Source: Sulfurimonas sp. UBA6014 (GTDB lineage Bacteria; Campylobacterota; Campylobacteria; Campylobacterales; Sulfurimonadaceae). From it: a DNA stretch of 62,272 bases. Positions 1 to 8,559 of this stretch are shown piece after piece. Position 1 is the first letter of the stretch; each line of letters starts with the position of its first letter. The translations under genes were made by a program, and so were the position numbers. The notes beneath the pieces are model-generated. The model was not told where the DNA came from, searched no databases, and saw only the letters and a list, made by a program, of their open reading frames with translations. The stretch covers positions 18,984-81,255 of the forward strand of contig DJAA01000034.1 of assembly GCA_002428085.1 (NCBI GenBank), read 5' to 3'.

Positions 1-770
1 AACACGCTCACGAACACGCTCATGGAGAGTCTCATGAACATTCCCATTCGCATCATCATGGAGATTCTCATTCGCACCAAGAGGCACACGCGCACTTGCA
101 TGACAACCCTCAGCTCAATGATGCGAAAACTATTTCAGTTATCACAAAGATTTTAGATAAAAATAACCATGAAGCTGGGCATAATCGTGAGCATTTTAAT
201 GCGCACAAAGTGTTATGCATTAATCTTATGAGCAGTCCTGGAAGCGGAAAAACAGCACTTCTTGAGAGCCTCTCAACTCTTGCAGATTTTAGATTTGGCG
301 TTATTGAGGGTGACTTAGAGACGAGTAAAGATGCGCAGAGACTTCAAGCTTGCGGTATCCAAGCACACCAGATTCAAACAGGCTCGGCATGCCATCTTGA
401 CGCTTTTATGGTTCATAAAGCTCTTCATCATTTAGACATGAATGCAATGGATGTTTGTTTTATAGAAAATGTAGGTAATTTAGTCTGCCCCGCTTCGTAT
501 GACGTGGGAAGCCATTTAAGTATAGTTTTGGTGAGCATCCCTGAAGGTGAGGATAAAATAGCCAAATATCCCGTCATGTTTCGCAAAGCTGATTTGATTT
601 TATTTACTAAAACTGACTTGCTTCCTTATTTTGAGTACGACATCGCCAAAGAAAAAGAGATGGCAAGAAAACTCAAACCCAATGTTGATATTTTAGAAGT
701 GAGCATCAAAGACGCAGACTCGGTAAAAAAAGTCGCACAATGGATAAAATTTAAAATGGAGATGCGATAA
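1..770 (+). CDS. hypB: Hydrogenase nickel-incorporation GTPase HypB; 5' end runs off the window; His-rich N-terminal region
   Basis: The track ORF is 96..770, but the frame stays open back to nt 3 and reads HAHEHAHGESHEHSHSHHHGDSHSHQEAHAHLH. P-loop SSPGSGKT is present. hypC/D/E/A follow. Confidence 0.93.
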   Translation, partial: HAHEHAHGESHEHSHSHHHGDSHSHQEAHAHLHDNPQLNDAKTISVITKILDKNNHEAGHNREHFNAHKVLCINLMSSPGSGKTALLESLSTLADFRFGVIEGDLETSKDAQRLQACGIQAHQIQTGSACHLDAFMVHKALHHLDMNAMDVCFIENVGNLVCPASYDVGSHLSIVLVSIPEGEDKIAKYPVMFRKADLILFTKTDLLPYFEYDIAKEKEMARKLKPNVDILEVSIKDADSVKKVAQWIKFKMEMR

Positions 771-1060
771 TGTGCCTCTCAATCCCAAGTAAAGTTGTAA
801 AAATAGACAAAGATAACGGTGTAGCCACAGTCGACACGATGGGCGTTCAAAGAGATGCCAGCCTTGACCTTGTTTCTCATGAAGAGATTCAAGTGGGTGA
901 TTATGTACTGCTTCATATCGGTTTTGTGATGAGTAAGATTGACGAAGCAGACGCGCTTGATAGCCTCGAACTTTACAAAGAAATCATAACGGCTATGAAT
1001 GAAGAGGACAGACTTCAAGCGATACTTGAGTCTGAGAATTGCCCAAATAGAAGTGCATGA
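770..1060 (+). CDS. hypC: Hydrogenase maturation chaperone HypC
   Basis: 96 aa starting MCLSIPSKV (HypC/HupF N-terminal Cys signature). The start overlaps the hypB stop (TAATG). Confidence 0.93.
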   Translation: MCLSIPSKVVKIDKDNGVATVDTMGVQRDASLDLVSHEEIQVGDYVLLHIGFVMSKIDEADALDSLELYKEIITAMNEEDRLQAILESENCPNRSA

Positions 1061-2244
1061 TGGGCTTAGAACTTAAAAACCTTTATGACGATTTTAGAGA
1101 TGCCGACACCATAAAAGCCTATGCACAAATCATAAAAGAAGACGCTTTAAAACTTCCAAAACCTATAAATATCATGGAGGTGTGCGGCGGACATACGCAT
1201 ACCATTATGAAATATGGAATCCTTCAGCTTTTACCCTCAAACATCAAGTTTATTCACGGTCCAGGTTGTCCGGTTTGCATTATGCCAAAAGAGAGAATCG
1301 ACCATGCTTATGTTTTGGCAGAGCAAAAAGATGTGATACTCGTAACTTTAGGGGATATGATAAAAGTCCCAGGAAGTAAGGGAAGCCTGCAAGATGCAAG
1401 AAGCAAGGGGGCGGATGTACGGTTTGTTTACTCTCCTATGGATTGTTTAAAAATTGCTCGTGAAAACCCCTCCTCTAAAGTGATATTTTTTGCCATAGGG
1501 TTTGAGACCACAACTCCGATGACCGCCGCCTTACTTGATAATGTAATAAAAAACGGCATAAAAAATATTTACTTTCATATAAACCATGTAACAGTCCCAG
1601 AAGCTATGAGTGCATTGCTAGCTGATGAAGACAACAACAAAAGTACGACTTCAGTCGTACCTGCCCCAAGTGAGGCTGAAGCCGCACATCCAAGAAATAA
1701 AATAAATGCCTTTTTAGGACCCTCTCATGTCAGCGTCATAACTGGAAGTAAAATTTACGAAGAGTTCCCAAGAGATTTCCACATGCCGGTAGTCGTAGCA
1801 GGTTTTGAACCTGTAGATGTGATGCAGTCTATTAGCATGATTGTAAAACAGTTTGTAGAAGGACGATGTGAGCTTGAAGTTGAGTATAAAAGAGCTGTAA
1901 CTTATGAGGGGAACTTAAAAGCTCAAGAGCTCATAAACAAGTACTTTGAAAAAGCAGACAAATTCAGATGGCGAGGTCTCGGTGACATTCCAAAAAGCGG
2001 CTTAAAATTAAGAGATGCTTTTAAAGAGTTCGATGCTGAAATACTCTATAAAAACATCTTGCCCACACAAGAGATAAACGACCACAAGCTCTGTATTTGC
2101 GGAGATATTTTAAGAGGAAAAGCAAGCCCGCCAGAGTGCACAATCTTCGGCACAGCCTGCAAGCCGACCAGCCCGATAGGAAGCTGTATGGTAAGCTCAG
2201 AGGGCGCGTGCGCGGCTTATTATAAGTATGGGAATTTGGTGTGA
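1057..2244 (+). CDS. hypD: Hydrogenase maturation Fe-S protein HypD, with an extra internal segment
   Basis: Motifs CGGHTH, GPGCPVC and GFETT plus a C-terminal Cys cluster (CICG...PECTIFGTACKP...GSCMVSSEGACAAY). ATGA overlap with hypC. Confidence 0.93.
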   Translation: MMGLELKNLYDDFRDADTIKAYAQIIKEDALKLPKPINIMEVCGGHTHTIMKYGILQLLPSNIKFIHGPGCPVCIMPKERIDHAYVLAEQKDVILVTLGDMIKVPGSKGSLQDARSKGADVRFVYSPMDCLKIARENPSSKVIFFAIGFETTTPMTAALLDNVIKNGIKNIYFHINHVTVPEAMSALLADEDNNKSTTSVVPAPSEAEAAHPRNKINAFLGPSHVSVITGSKIYEEFPRDFHMPVVVAGFEPVDVMQSISMIVKQFVEGRCELEVEYKRAVTYEGNLKAQELINKYFEKADKFRWRGLGDIPKSGLKLRDAFKEFDAEILYKNILPTQEINDHKLCICGDILRGKASPPECTIFGTACKPTSPIGSCMVSSEGACAAYYKYGNLV

Positions 2245-2344
2245 CACCATTGAAGCAAAAGACATCGTCTATAACGGCGATTTGAAGAAAAAAGATTTAG
2301 AAGGTTTTGCTAAAACATTTGATGCCAACAAAGGGCACTAGCCC

Positions 2345-2390
2345 CAAATTATCGCAAATTATCCTATTTTAAAAGAAAAATGAGTACAAT
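2345..2390 (+). promoter_or_regulatory. Possible internal promoter for hypE-hypA: tandem direct repeat CAAATTATC x2 (10-nt phasing) followed by the -10-like hexamer TACAAT
   Basis: The repeat copies lie at 2345-2353 and 2355-2363. TACAAT is at 2385-2390, about 35 nt before the hypE ATG. This sits in an unusual 181-nt gap inside an otherwise overlapping hyp operon. Confidence 0.3.
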
Positions 2391-2425
2391 CTTTAATAAC
2401 AGAGATAACTAAAAGGGCAAAGTAA

Positions 2426-3418
2426 ATGACTAAAACAATAAGCTTGGCTTGTGGAAATGGTGGGGAGGAGAATAATGAGCTTATCTCAAAGGTGTTTTAC
2501 AAGGCTTTTAAAAATGAGATTTTAGAAAAAAGTGAAGATGCGGCTATTATTCATGGCGGTGCGCTTGCTTTTTCTACCGATAGTTTTACCGTTTCTCCTT
2601 TGTTTTTTTCGGGTGGCGACATAGGAAAACTTGCAGTTTGCGGGACGTGTAATGACCTTGCCATGATGGGGGCTGCTCCGAAATATTTGACTTGCAGTGT
2701 CATTATTGAAGAGGGTTTTGAGCTTGAGCAGTTAGAACACATCGTTGCGAGCATGAAAAAAGAGCTTAGTATTAACGGTGCGATTGTCGTGAGTGGGGAC
2801 ACAAAAGTTGTCCCTCGCGGGAGTGTTGATAAGATTTTCATCAACACAACAGGCATAGGCGAAGTGCTACAAAAAGGGATAAGTTCGAACAACATTACAG
2901 AAGAAGATGTGATTCTGCTTAACCGTGACATCGGGTGTCATGGCGCGACTATTTTTGCCACGCGGGAGGGAATTGAGATGAGTTCTTCACTTCAAAGTGA
3001 CTGCACATCTTTATTTCCACACGTTCAAGCCTTGATAAATGCGAACATAAAAATCACTGCCATGCGAGATGCTACCCGCGGCGGAGTGAGTGCGGTGCTT
3101 AACGAATGGGCAAAGCAGTCCAATATTTGCATAGAAGTTGAAGAGGAAAAAATTCCCGTGAGTGATGAGGTCAAGGGGATTTGCGAAATGCTTGGTTTTG
3201 AAGCGACAGCTTTAGCAAATGAGGGAACATTTTTACTTGCACTCAAAAAAGAGGATGCAGACGCGGCTTGTGAAATTTTAAGAGCGTTTAATCCACATGC
3301 CCAGATGATAGGCATCGTCACAAACAGACATGCTAAAAAAGTGATACTTAAAAGTGCTTGGGGGACTTCACGATTTTTAGAAACACCTACGGGTGAGCTT
3401 TTGCCGAGGATTTGTTAA
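2426..3418 (+). CDS. hypE: Hydrogenase maturation carbamoyl dehydratase HypE
   Basis: 330-aa PurM/AIR-synthase-like protein ending in PRIC, the HypE C-terminal Cys motif. Located in the hyp cluster. Confidence 0.92.
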   Translation: MTKTISLACGNGGEENNELISKVFYKAFKNEILEKSEDAAIIHGGALAFSTDSFTVSPLFFSGGDIGKLAVCGTCNDLAMMGAAPKYLTCSVIIEEGFELEQLEHIVASMKKELSINGAIVVSGDTKVVPRGSVDKIFINTTGIGEVLQKGISSNNITEEDVILLNRDIGCHGATIFATREGIEMSSSLQSDCTSLFPHVQALINANIKITAMRDATRGGVSAVLNEWAKQSNICIEVEEEKIPVSDEVKGICEMLGFEATALANEGTFLLALKKEDADAACEILRAFNPHAQMIGIVTNRHAKKVILKSAWGTSRFLETPTGELLPRIC

Positions 3419-3759
3419 TGCATGAATATAGCATAGTACAGTCGCTTTTAGATTCGTGTGATGAAAATGCCAGAAAAAACAATGCAACAAAAGTGACAAA
3501 AGTTATCGTCAAAATTGGGGTCATGAGCGGAGTAGAGCCTAGTTTGCTTCAGAGCGCTTTTGATACTTTTAAAGAAAAAACGATTTGCGAGGAAGCGGAG
3601 TTTATTATCAATATGCAAGATGTTTTAGTGCGGTGCAATAGCTGTCATGAAGAGTCAACTTTGCAAAAGTTGGAGTATTGTTGTCCAAAATGTGGGAGCA
3701 CAGACCTTAAAATACTCGATGGCGAAGAGATGTACTTAATGCGTTTAGAGCTCGAGTGA
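3418..3759 (+). CDS. hypA: Hydrogenase nickel insertion protein HypA
   Basis: N-terminus MHEYSI. Zinc motif CNSCHEE...CCPKCGS. The ATG at 3418 overlaps the hypE TAA; the track ORF starts 6 nt upstream at TTG. Confidence 0.9.
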   Translation: MHEYSIVQSLLDSCDENARKNNATKVTKVIVKIGVMSGVEPSLLQSAFDTFKEKTICEEAEFIINMQDVLVRCNSCHEESTLQKLEYCCPKCGSTDLKILDGEEMYLMRLELE

Positions 3760-4554
3760 GCGGCGGTGCTCTTTTACAAAATCATAAGCATTTTGGATGA
3801 CTTGAAATCTGTTTGTGTAAAGTTTGATGACTTCATTGTTTTGATGATAAACGGTGTCAGGATGGTATTTTTTTAGCATATATAAATAGTTCTTCTTCAT
3901 TTGGCTCGGTGTTGATGTATCGCAGATGTTGAGGAGTTTGTAAGATTTTTTCAGTTTTTCTTCGTACATGTGTTCAGCTAATGCGGTGTCTTCTTGATAT
4001 GAGCGCTTAAAACTCAGTCCATAGGTGATGAAATGGATAGGGATGCTTACTATTTTTTTGTTTGATAAGATATTTTTTAGGAGTAAAAAAGCGGCTTTTG
4101 TAGTGATTTTAAGAGTAAAACTTGTTTTTTTAGGACCAAGCCGTATGGCATCTTTAAATATAAATTGAAAATATTTAAAAATCTTTTCATGGTAGTGTGA
4201 GAAAGAGACTAGAATTTCAAGTGTATTGATTTTTTCAATAGTGACTCTAGTCTGCTGCGCAACTTGGGTATTGTTTGAAGTTATGATATGAATGGGCATT
4301 TCATGAGAGGCTATTAATTGGTTTAAAAAAGTGGGACTTGTTAAAGGAAAGGCTTTTTTGTGAATTTTAAAAGCCCAGTTTAGAAGATATTTTTTTTTGA
4401 TTTCTTCACCACTTTCATATAAAATAACACTCATGTTTGAAAAATGCTTGATACTTTTAAAACTTTTTTCAGCAAAAAGCATAAGAGGTTTTAAATGCAA
4501 AGAGTCGTTTTGAAGATTAAAAACAATTGCATTATTTTCAAAAGTAATCAGCAT
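3745..4554 (-). CDS. J-domain protein (C-terminal DnaJ-like J domain; N-terminal ~200 aa unassigned)
   Basis: The C-terminal ~65 aa contain KKNYLYMLKKYHPDTV (HPD tripeptide) and helices typical of a J domain. The 3' end overlaps hypA convergently by 15 nt. Confidence 0.7.
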   Translation of the reverse strand: MLITFENNAIVFNLQNDSLHLKPLMLFAEKSFKSIKHFSNMSVILYESGEEIKKKYLLNWAFKIHKKAFPLTSPTFLNQLIASHEMPIHIITSNNTQVAQQTRVTIEKINTLEILVSFSHYHEKIFKYFQFIFKDAIRLGPKKTSFTLKITTKAAFLLLKNILSNKKIVSIPIHFITYGLSFKRSYQEDTALAEHMYEEKLKKSYKLLNICDTSTPSQMKKNYLYMLKKYHPDTVYHQNNEVIKLYTNRFQVIQNAYDFVKEHRRSLEL

Positions 4555-4617
4555 AAAATATTTCCAAGATATACAATATGAAAAAAAATAGTCTCCATTT
4601 TCATACTCAAAAAGCTA

Positions 4618-6105
4618 TTAAAACATTTCAAAATCATCTTCATCTTCGGTAATTTCTATTTTATTAAAAATAAGTTCAAATTGTAAGATGGTGCTAAATA
4701 AAGAACTATCCAAATAGTGGATATCATTAACGGCTTGGTCAATAAAGACATTGCGTCTCCAAGTTGATAAATCAAGCAAAATATTTGAGAGATAGAGTTC
4801 GATTTTTTTATGCGTACTTTCATCTATATCTTCTGTTTGTACTGTTTGCAGCAATTCGCCTAAGGAATTGACGGCATACGATAAATCTTCAAACTCAACT
4901 AATAAAGCTATAAAAGTGGCATAGTTTAAAAGTTTCTCAGAGATTTTACCTAGTGCTGCAAAGTTTTTTTCTTCATTGAACTCTTTGATAAGTCCATATA
5001 TATCGTCTTCTATCTCTGCAAGGTCCTCATTTGTTTCTAGAGTATAATCATCTAGATTGGCACTATAATCTTGTGAACTTACAGCTAAACTTTGACGGGA
5101 TTTTTTTAAAACATTCAACTCTTGTTTATTGAGAACTCTTTTTTCTTTGGATGTTTTTTCTATTGTATTTTCATCTTCTGACTTAGTATGTGAAATTTTT
5201 TCTTCAGAAAGAGCTTCAAAAATAGCTTTGTCACTACTGTTTCCTTTACGAGATTTTTTTATAAAATCTTCTAATCGTAAGTTGTAATGATAGATTTTAA
5301 GTTTTTGGTACTCTATGGTGGTGATGTTGTTCAATGTATACATTTTTAAGGATACGTCATTTAAGAATGGTATATCGCTTATGAAAATATTGTAAATGTT
5401 TCTTCCTGCTCCTGCAGAGGCAAGGGAGATTTTATTTATTTTACTGTTTGTGTCAATCTCTGCTAAGCTGCTTATATATCCAGGCTTTGCTTGAAAAAGT
5501 GAGTCAAGGGAAAATTCACTTCCGATGAAGAGATGTTTTTCTTTATTTGTGAGTCTTAAAAATTTTGAATTGGCATATTGCACTTTTTTGCCGTCATAGA
5601 CAATGATTGGATTTGGGCTGTTTTCTAAAAAAGCACTCAAGGTTGCAATGCTTTGTTCATCTTTTTTTCGGTTTTTTTCTACCTCTTGAGAGACTCTTTT
5701 TTCTAAAAAATGATTTAACTCTTCAAGCTGTGTAACATCTTGTCTAAGAGCTAAGTACTCTACAACAGTATTTTGAGAGTCTAAAATAGGGACTATTGTA
5801 ACAGTAACATAGTAACTAGAGCCATCTTTAGCACGATTTTTAATTTTCCCCTTCCATATTTCTTTGGCTTTGATGGTTTTCCATAAATCTTTATAAACTG
5901 CGGCGGAGACGTCAGGATGCCTGACAATATTATGATTTTTGCCAAGCAATTCTTCTTGGGTATATCCCGATATTTTACAAAATTCATCATTTGCAAAAGT
6001 GATTTCACCTTTGAGATTTGTTTTGGAGACAATCGAACCTGCATCTACAGCTTTTTTATACTCTTCTAAAAGTTTCATGTTATTTTTTAGTTCTTCTTTA
6101 TACAT
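4618..6105 (-). CDS. Cytoplasmic signalling protein: Aer/CetB-type PAS + second PAS-like region + Lys/Glu/Ser-rich linker + unassigned C-terminal helical module with acidic ...DDFEMF terminus
   Basis: PAS motif GKNHNIVRHPDVSAAVYKDLWKTIKAKEIWKGKIKNRAKDGSSYYV resembles the E. coli Aer PAS. The last 135 aa align without gaps to the C-terminus of the 6119..7408 product. Confidence 0.75.
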   Translation of the reverse strand: MYKEELKNNMKLLEEYKKAVDAGSIVSKTNLKGEITFANDEFCKISGYTQEELLGKNHNIVRHPDVSAAVYKDLWKTIKAKEIWKGKIKNRAKDGSSYYVTVTIVPILDSQNTVVEYLALRQDVTQLEELNHFLEKRVSQEVEKNRKKDEQSIATLSAFLENSPNPIIVYDGKKVQYANSKFLRLTNKEKHLFIGSEFSLDSLFQAKPGYISSLAEIDTNSKINKISLASAGAGRNIYNIFISDIPFLNDVSLKMYTLNNITTIEYQKLKIYHYNLRLEDFIKKSRKGNSSDKAIFEALSEEKISHTKSEDENTIEKTSKEKRVLNKQELNVLKKSRQSLAVSSQDYSANLDDYTLETNEDLAEIEDDIYGLIKEFNEEKNFAALGKISEKLLNYATFIALLVEFEDLSYAVNSLGELLQTVQTEDIDESTHKKIELYLSNILLDLSTWRRNVFIDQAVNDIHYLDSSLFSTILQFELIFNKIEITEDEDDFEMF

Positions 6106-6118
6106 ATAAAAACCCTTT

Positions 6119-7408
6119 TTAAAAAAATTCTAAATCGTCTTCTTCTTCGGCTATCCCTTCTTCTTTGAAGATGGATTCAATCTGTAAACAAGAACTCAAA
6201 AGAGAAGAATCAAGATAGTGGATGTCGTTCGCCTCTTGGTTGACAAATATATTTACTCTCCAGCTGTTTAAATCTGCTATGAATCCAAGCATGAGCGTTA
6301 CGAGTTTTTTAATTTTATTTTCATCAAGCTTAGAAGATTCTAAATTTGCTAAAAAATTTGCAAGCGAAGCAATGGCATATGAGAGATGTTCAAACTCAAC
6401 GAGTTGTTTTATGACTTCTACATATGTTAAAAATAGTTCTGACATTTTTTGTAAATCTGCAATATCGCATTGTTTTTCAAACGCAAGTAAAGCGATATCT
6501 AGTTCTTCTTCGATAGTCTCAAGGGACTCTATTTTATCCATAAAAGAGATCGCAGTCATCTCTAAGTATTCAATTGCGGTGATTTTATTGAAATGTGTTT
6601 TTGAGAGAATTTCTTTGGCTTGAGTTGGGATTTCTATAATAACTGCAGGTTGTGTGGAGATGACTTGTATCTTAGGCAATTTAAATGATAAAACACCCTC
6701 GTGAAGTACATAGAGGCTATTTTTGCAATGTTTGAGAAGGATACTACGAATAATCGTAGAACTAATAAAATCAAGCGAAGTTTGTGTCACATAAAGATAC
6801 TCATCGTTCTCTTCAATAATAATGGCAAAAGGGTGGTTTGTTTTTAAGAGCCATAAGCCAAGCCCATAGAGTATTCTTACTGTATCACTGATATTAGTTG
6901 CACCATATTCACTTTTGTTCAGTGTGTCGTTCCAAAAAAAGGCAAGAGCTGCCTCAGAGTTGATTGTAAATTTTTTTGAGAGAGGGTAGGCTGTGTCACT
7001 AAAGAGAGAAACCATTTGCGTTTTTTGGATTGGTTTGGAGCGCATAGAGAGGATAGTCATGTAGTTTTTAGCACGCTGAACAAAAAGCTCGCTATCTATG
7101 GGTTTGGTGATGTAATCTTGCGCGCCACTTTGAAGCATGGCATGTTTAGACTTTTCATCATCAAGCGCACTTAGAGCGATTATCATGCTTGCGGGCGAGA
7201 AAGATTTAATCTCTTTAGTAGCTTCAATACCATCGACTTTTGGCATCATGATATCCATAAATATAAGGTCAAAGTTTTTTTCTCTACACTTTAAAATTGC
7301 CTCAGCCCCATCGATGGCTTCTTCAACATTGATATCTTTAATATCTTCAAGAAGAAGATTCACTGTCATTCTATTGTCTTGGTTATCATCCACTATCAAA
7401 ATATTCAT
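6119..7408 (-). CDS. Response-regulator receiver protein with unassigned middle region and the shared C-terminal helical module (...EEDDLEFF terminus)
   Basis: The REC domain is intact: IVDDN acidic pocket, FMDIMMP phospho-Asp site, ALSA, ITKP. No DNA-binding or enzymatic output motif is recognisable. ATGA overlap with the upstream kinase gene. Confidence 0.8.
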   Translation of the reverse strand: MNILIVDDNQDNRMTVNLLLEDIKDINVEEAIDGAEAILKCREKNFDLIFMDIMMPKVDGIEATKEIKSFSPASMIIALSALDDEKSKHAMLQSGAQDYITKPIDSELFVQRAKNYMTILSMRSKPIQKTQMVSLFSDTAYPLSKKFTINSEAALAFFWNDTLNKSEYGATNISDTVRILYGLGLWLLKTNHPFAIIIEENDEYLYVTQTSLDFISSTIIRSILLKHCKNSLYVLHEGVLSFKLPKIQVISTQPAVIIEIPTQAKEILSKTHFNKITAIEYLEMTAISFMDKIESLETIEEELDIALLAFEKQCDIADLQKMSELFLTYVEVIKQLVEFEHLSYAIASLANFLANLESSKLDENKIKKLVTLMLGFIADLNSWRVNIFVNQEANDIHYLDSSLLSSCLQIESIFKEEGIAEEEDDLEFF

Positions 7409-8559
7409 TCTTTTCCCTTTTTAGTTTTAGAGTTTGTAAAGACGAGCTCAAAGTTTGTTCCACCCAAAAGCTGTGAGTCTAGGATGCGATAATTTATGTT
7501 TAAATCATTACATATGAGCTTTAAAAAATAGAGACCTATCCCTGTTCCTTGTGTCTCTCTTTTCATAAGAGAGCTATTTCCCTGTTCGTAAAGATCAAAA
7601 ACTGACTCCTTATCTGCTATCCCTTTTCCATTGTCATGGATACAAATTTTTATATCATTATTGGACTTTTGTATATTGATACTAATCTTGTTGTCGCCGT
7701 ATTTTATCGCATTAGAGAGTATATTGCTCAGAACTTGCTTAACTCTGTATTCATCCGAATAAATTTCGTTTATTTCACTTGTTAAAAAATCTACTTGGAT
7801 ATTTTTTGCTTGAATCAACGATTCAAACTGCTCTAAAAGAGATATGACTAACTTGTTAAGACTAAAGAGTTTTTTATTGTAGTCGAGTTTATTGGATTGA
7901 AGCTTTGATATGTCTAAAATATTATTGACATTATCAAGCATATCATTCGCATTTACAATGATAGATTTTAAAAGCTTTGCAGTTTTTACAGGTTCTAAAA
8001 CTTGTGAATTGACTACTTTGAGATGAAGATACTTTGAAAAATTTATAATGGCATTAAGCGGTGTTTTAAGCTCATGAGTGAACAAAACTAAAAAAGCCTC
8101 TTTGGCGTCATTTATCCGTTTTTCTTCCTCTTTTTTGAGCATATCGGCTTGCATTTTTCGTTTTAAATGAACATAGCTAGTAACATCTTGACGAATGGCA
8201 ATAAATTCTAAAATAGTCCCTTTTTCATCTTGAAAGGGGATAATTATCGTATCTGCTAAAAATGAATTTCCATTTTTGTTCAAATTTTCTACACGACCAC
8301 GCCATATATTCCCTTCAAGAATAGTGTCCCACATCTCTTTGTACATACTTTGAGGATTATTTGGATGTCTAAAAATATTGTGTGATCGTCCCAGTAATTC
8401 TTCGGGAGGATATCCAGAGACAGTACAAAGATTATCGTTTACATACGTGATAATCCCATTTATATCCGCCTTAGAAACAATCGATGCTTCAGTAAGGACT
8501 CTAAAATAGTGACTGTCTTCATGGAGATTATTTATATAATCTTTATTTTTGTATACCAT
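7405..8559 (-). CDS. Soluble PAS-domain sensor histidine kinase (Aer/CetB-type PAS + HisKA + HATPase_c)
   Basis: PAS GRSHNIFRHPNNPQSMYKEMWDTILEGNIWRGRVENLNKNGNSF. H-box FTHELKTPLNAI. N box ILSNAIKYG. G boxes HDNGKGI and GTGIGLYF. Confidence 0.88.
   Translation of the reverse strand: MVYKNKDYINNLHEDSHYFRVLTEASIVSKADINGIITYVNDNLCTVSGYPPEELLGRSHNIFRHPNNPQSMYKEMWDTILEGNIWRGRVENLNKNGNSFLADTIIIPFQDEKGTILEFIAIRQDVTSYVHLKRKMQADMLKKEEEKRINDAKEAFLVLFTHELKTPLNAIINFSKYLHLKVVNSQVLEPVKTAKLLKSIIVNANDMLDNVNNILDISKLQSNKLDYNKKLFSLNKLVISLLEQFESLIQAKNIQVDFLTSEINEIYSDEYRVKQVLSNILSNAIKYGDNKISINIQKSNNDIKICIHDNGKGIADKESVFDLYEQGNSSLMKRETQGTGIGLYFLKLICNDLNINYRILDSQLLGGTNFELVFTNSKTKKGKE

Noticed and set aside
1648-1676. 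CTTCAG and CTGAAG (an AcuI/Eco57I-type recognition sequence) in inverted orientation within the hypD insertion.
   Set aside because: Six-base words occur by chance many times in the window. No restriction-modification genes are nearby to connect them to.
4618-5025. Interpretation of the shared C-terminal helical module as an HPt phosphotransfer domain.
   Set aside because: The classical HxxKG motif is absent. The His in the helix-2-like position is Asp in one paralogue. Only the helical-bundle appearance supports the idea. It is kept as an open question, not a call.
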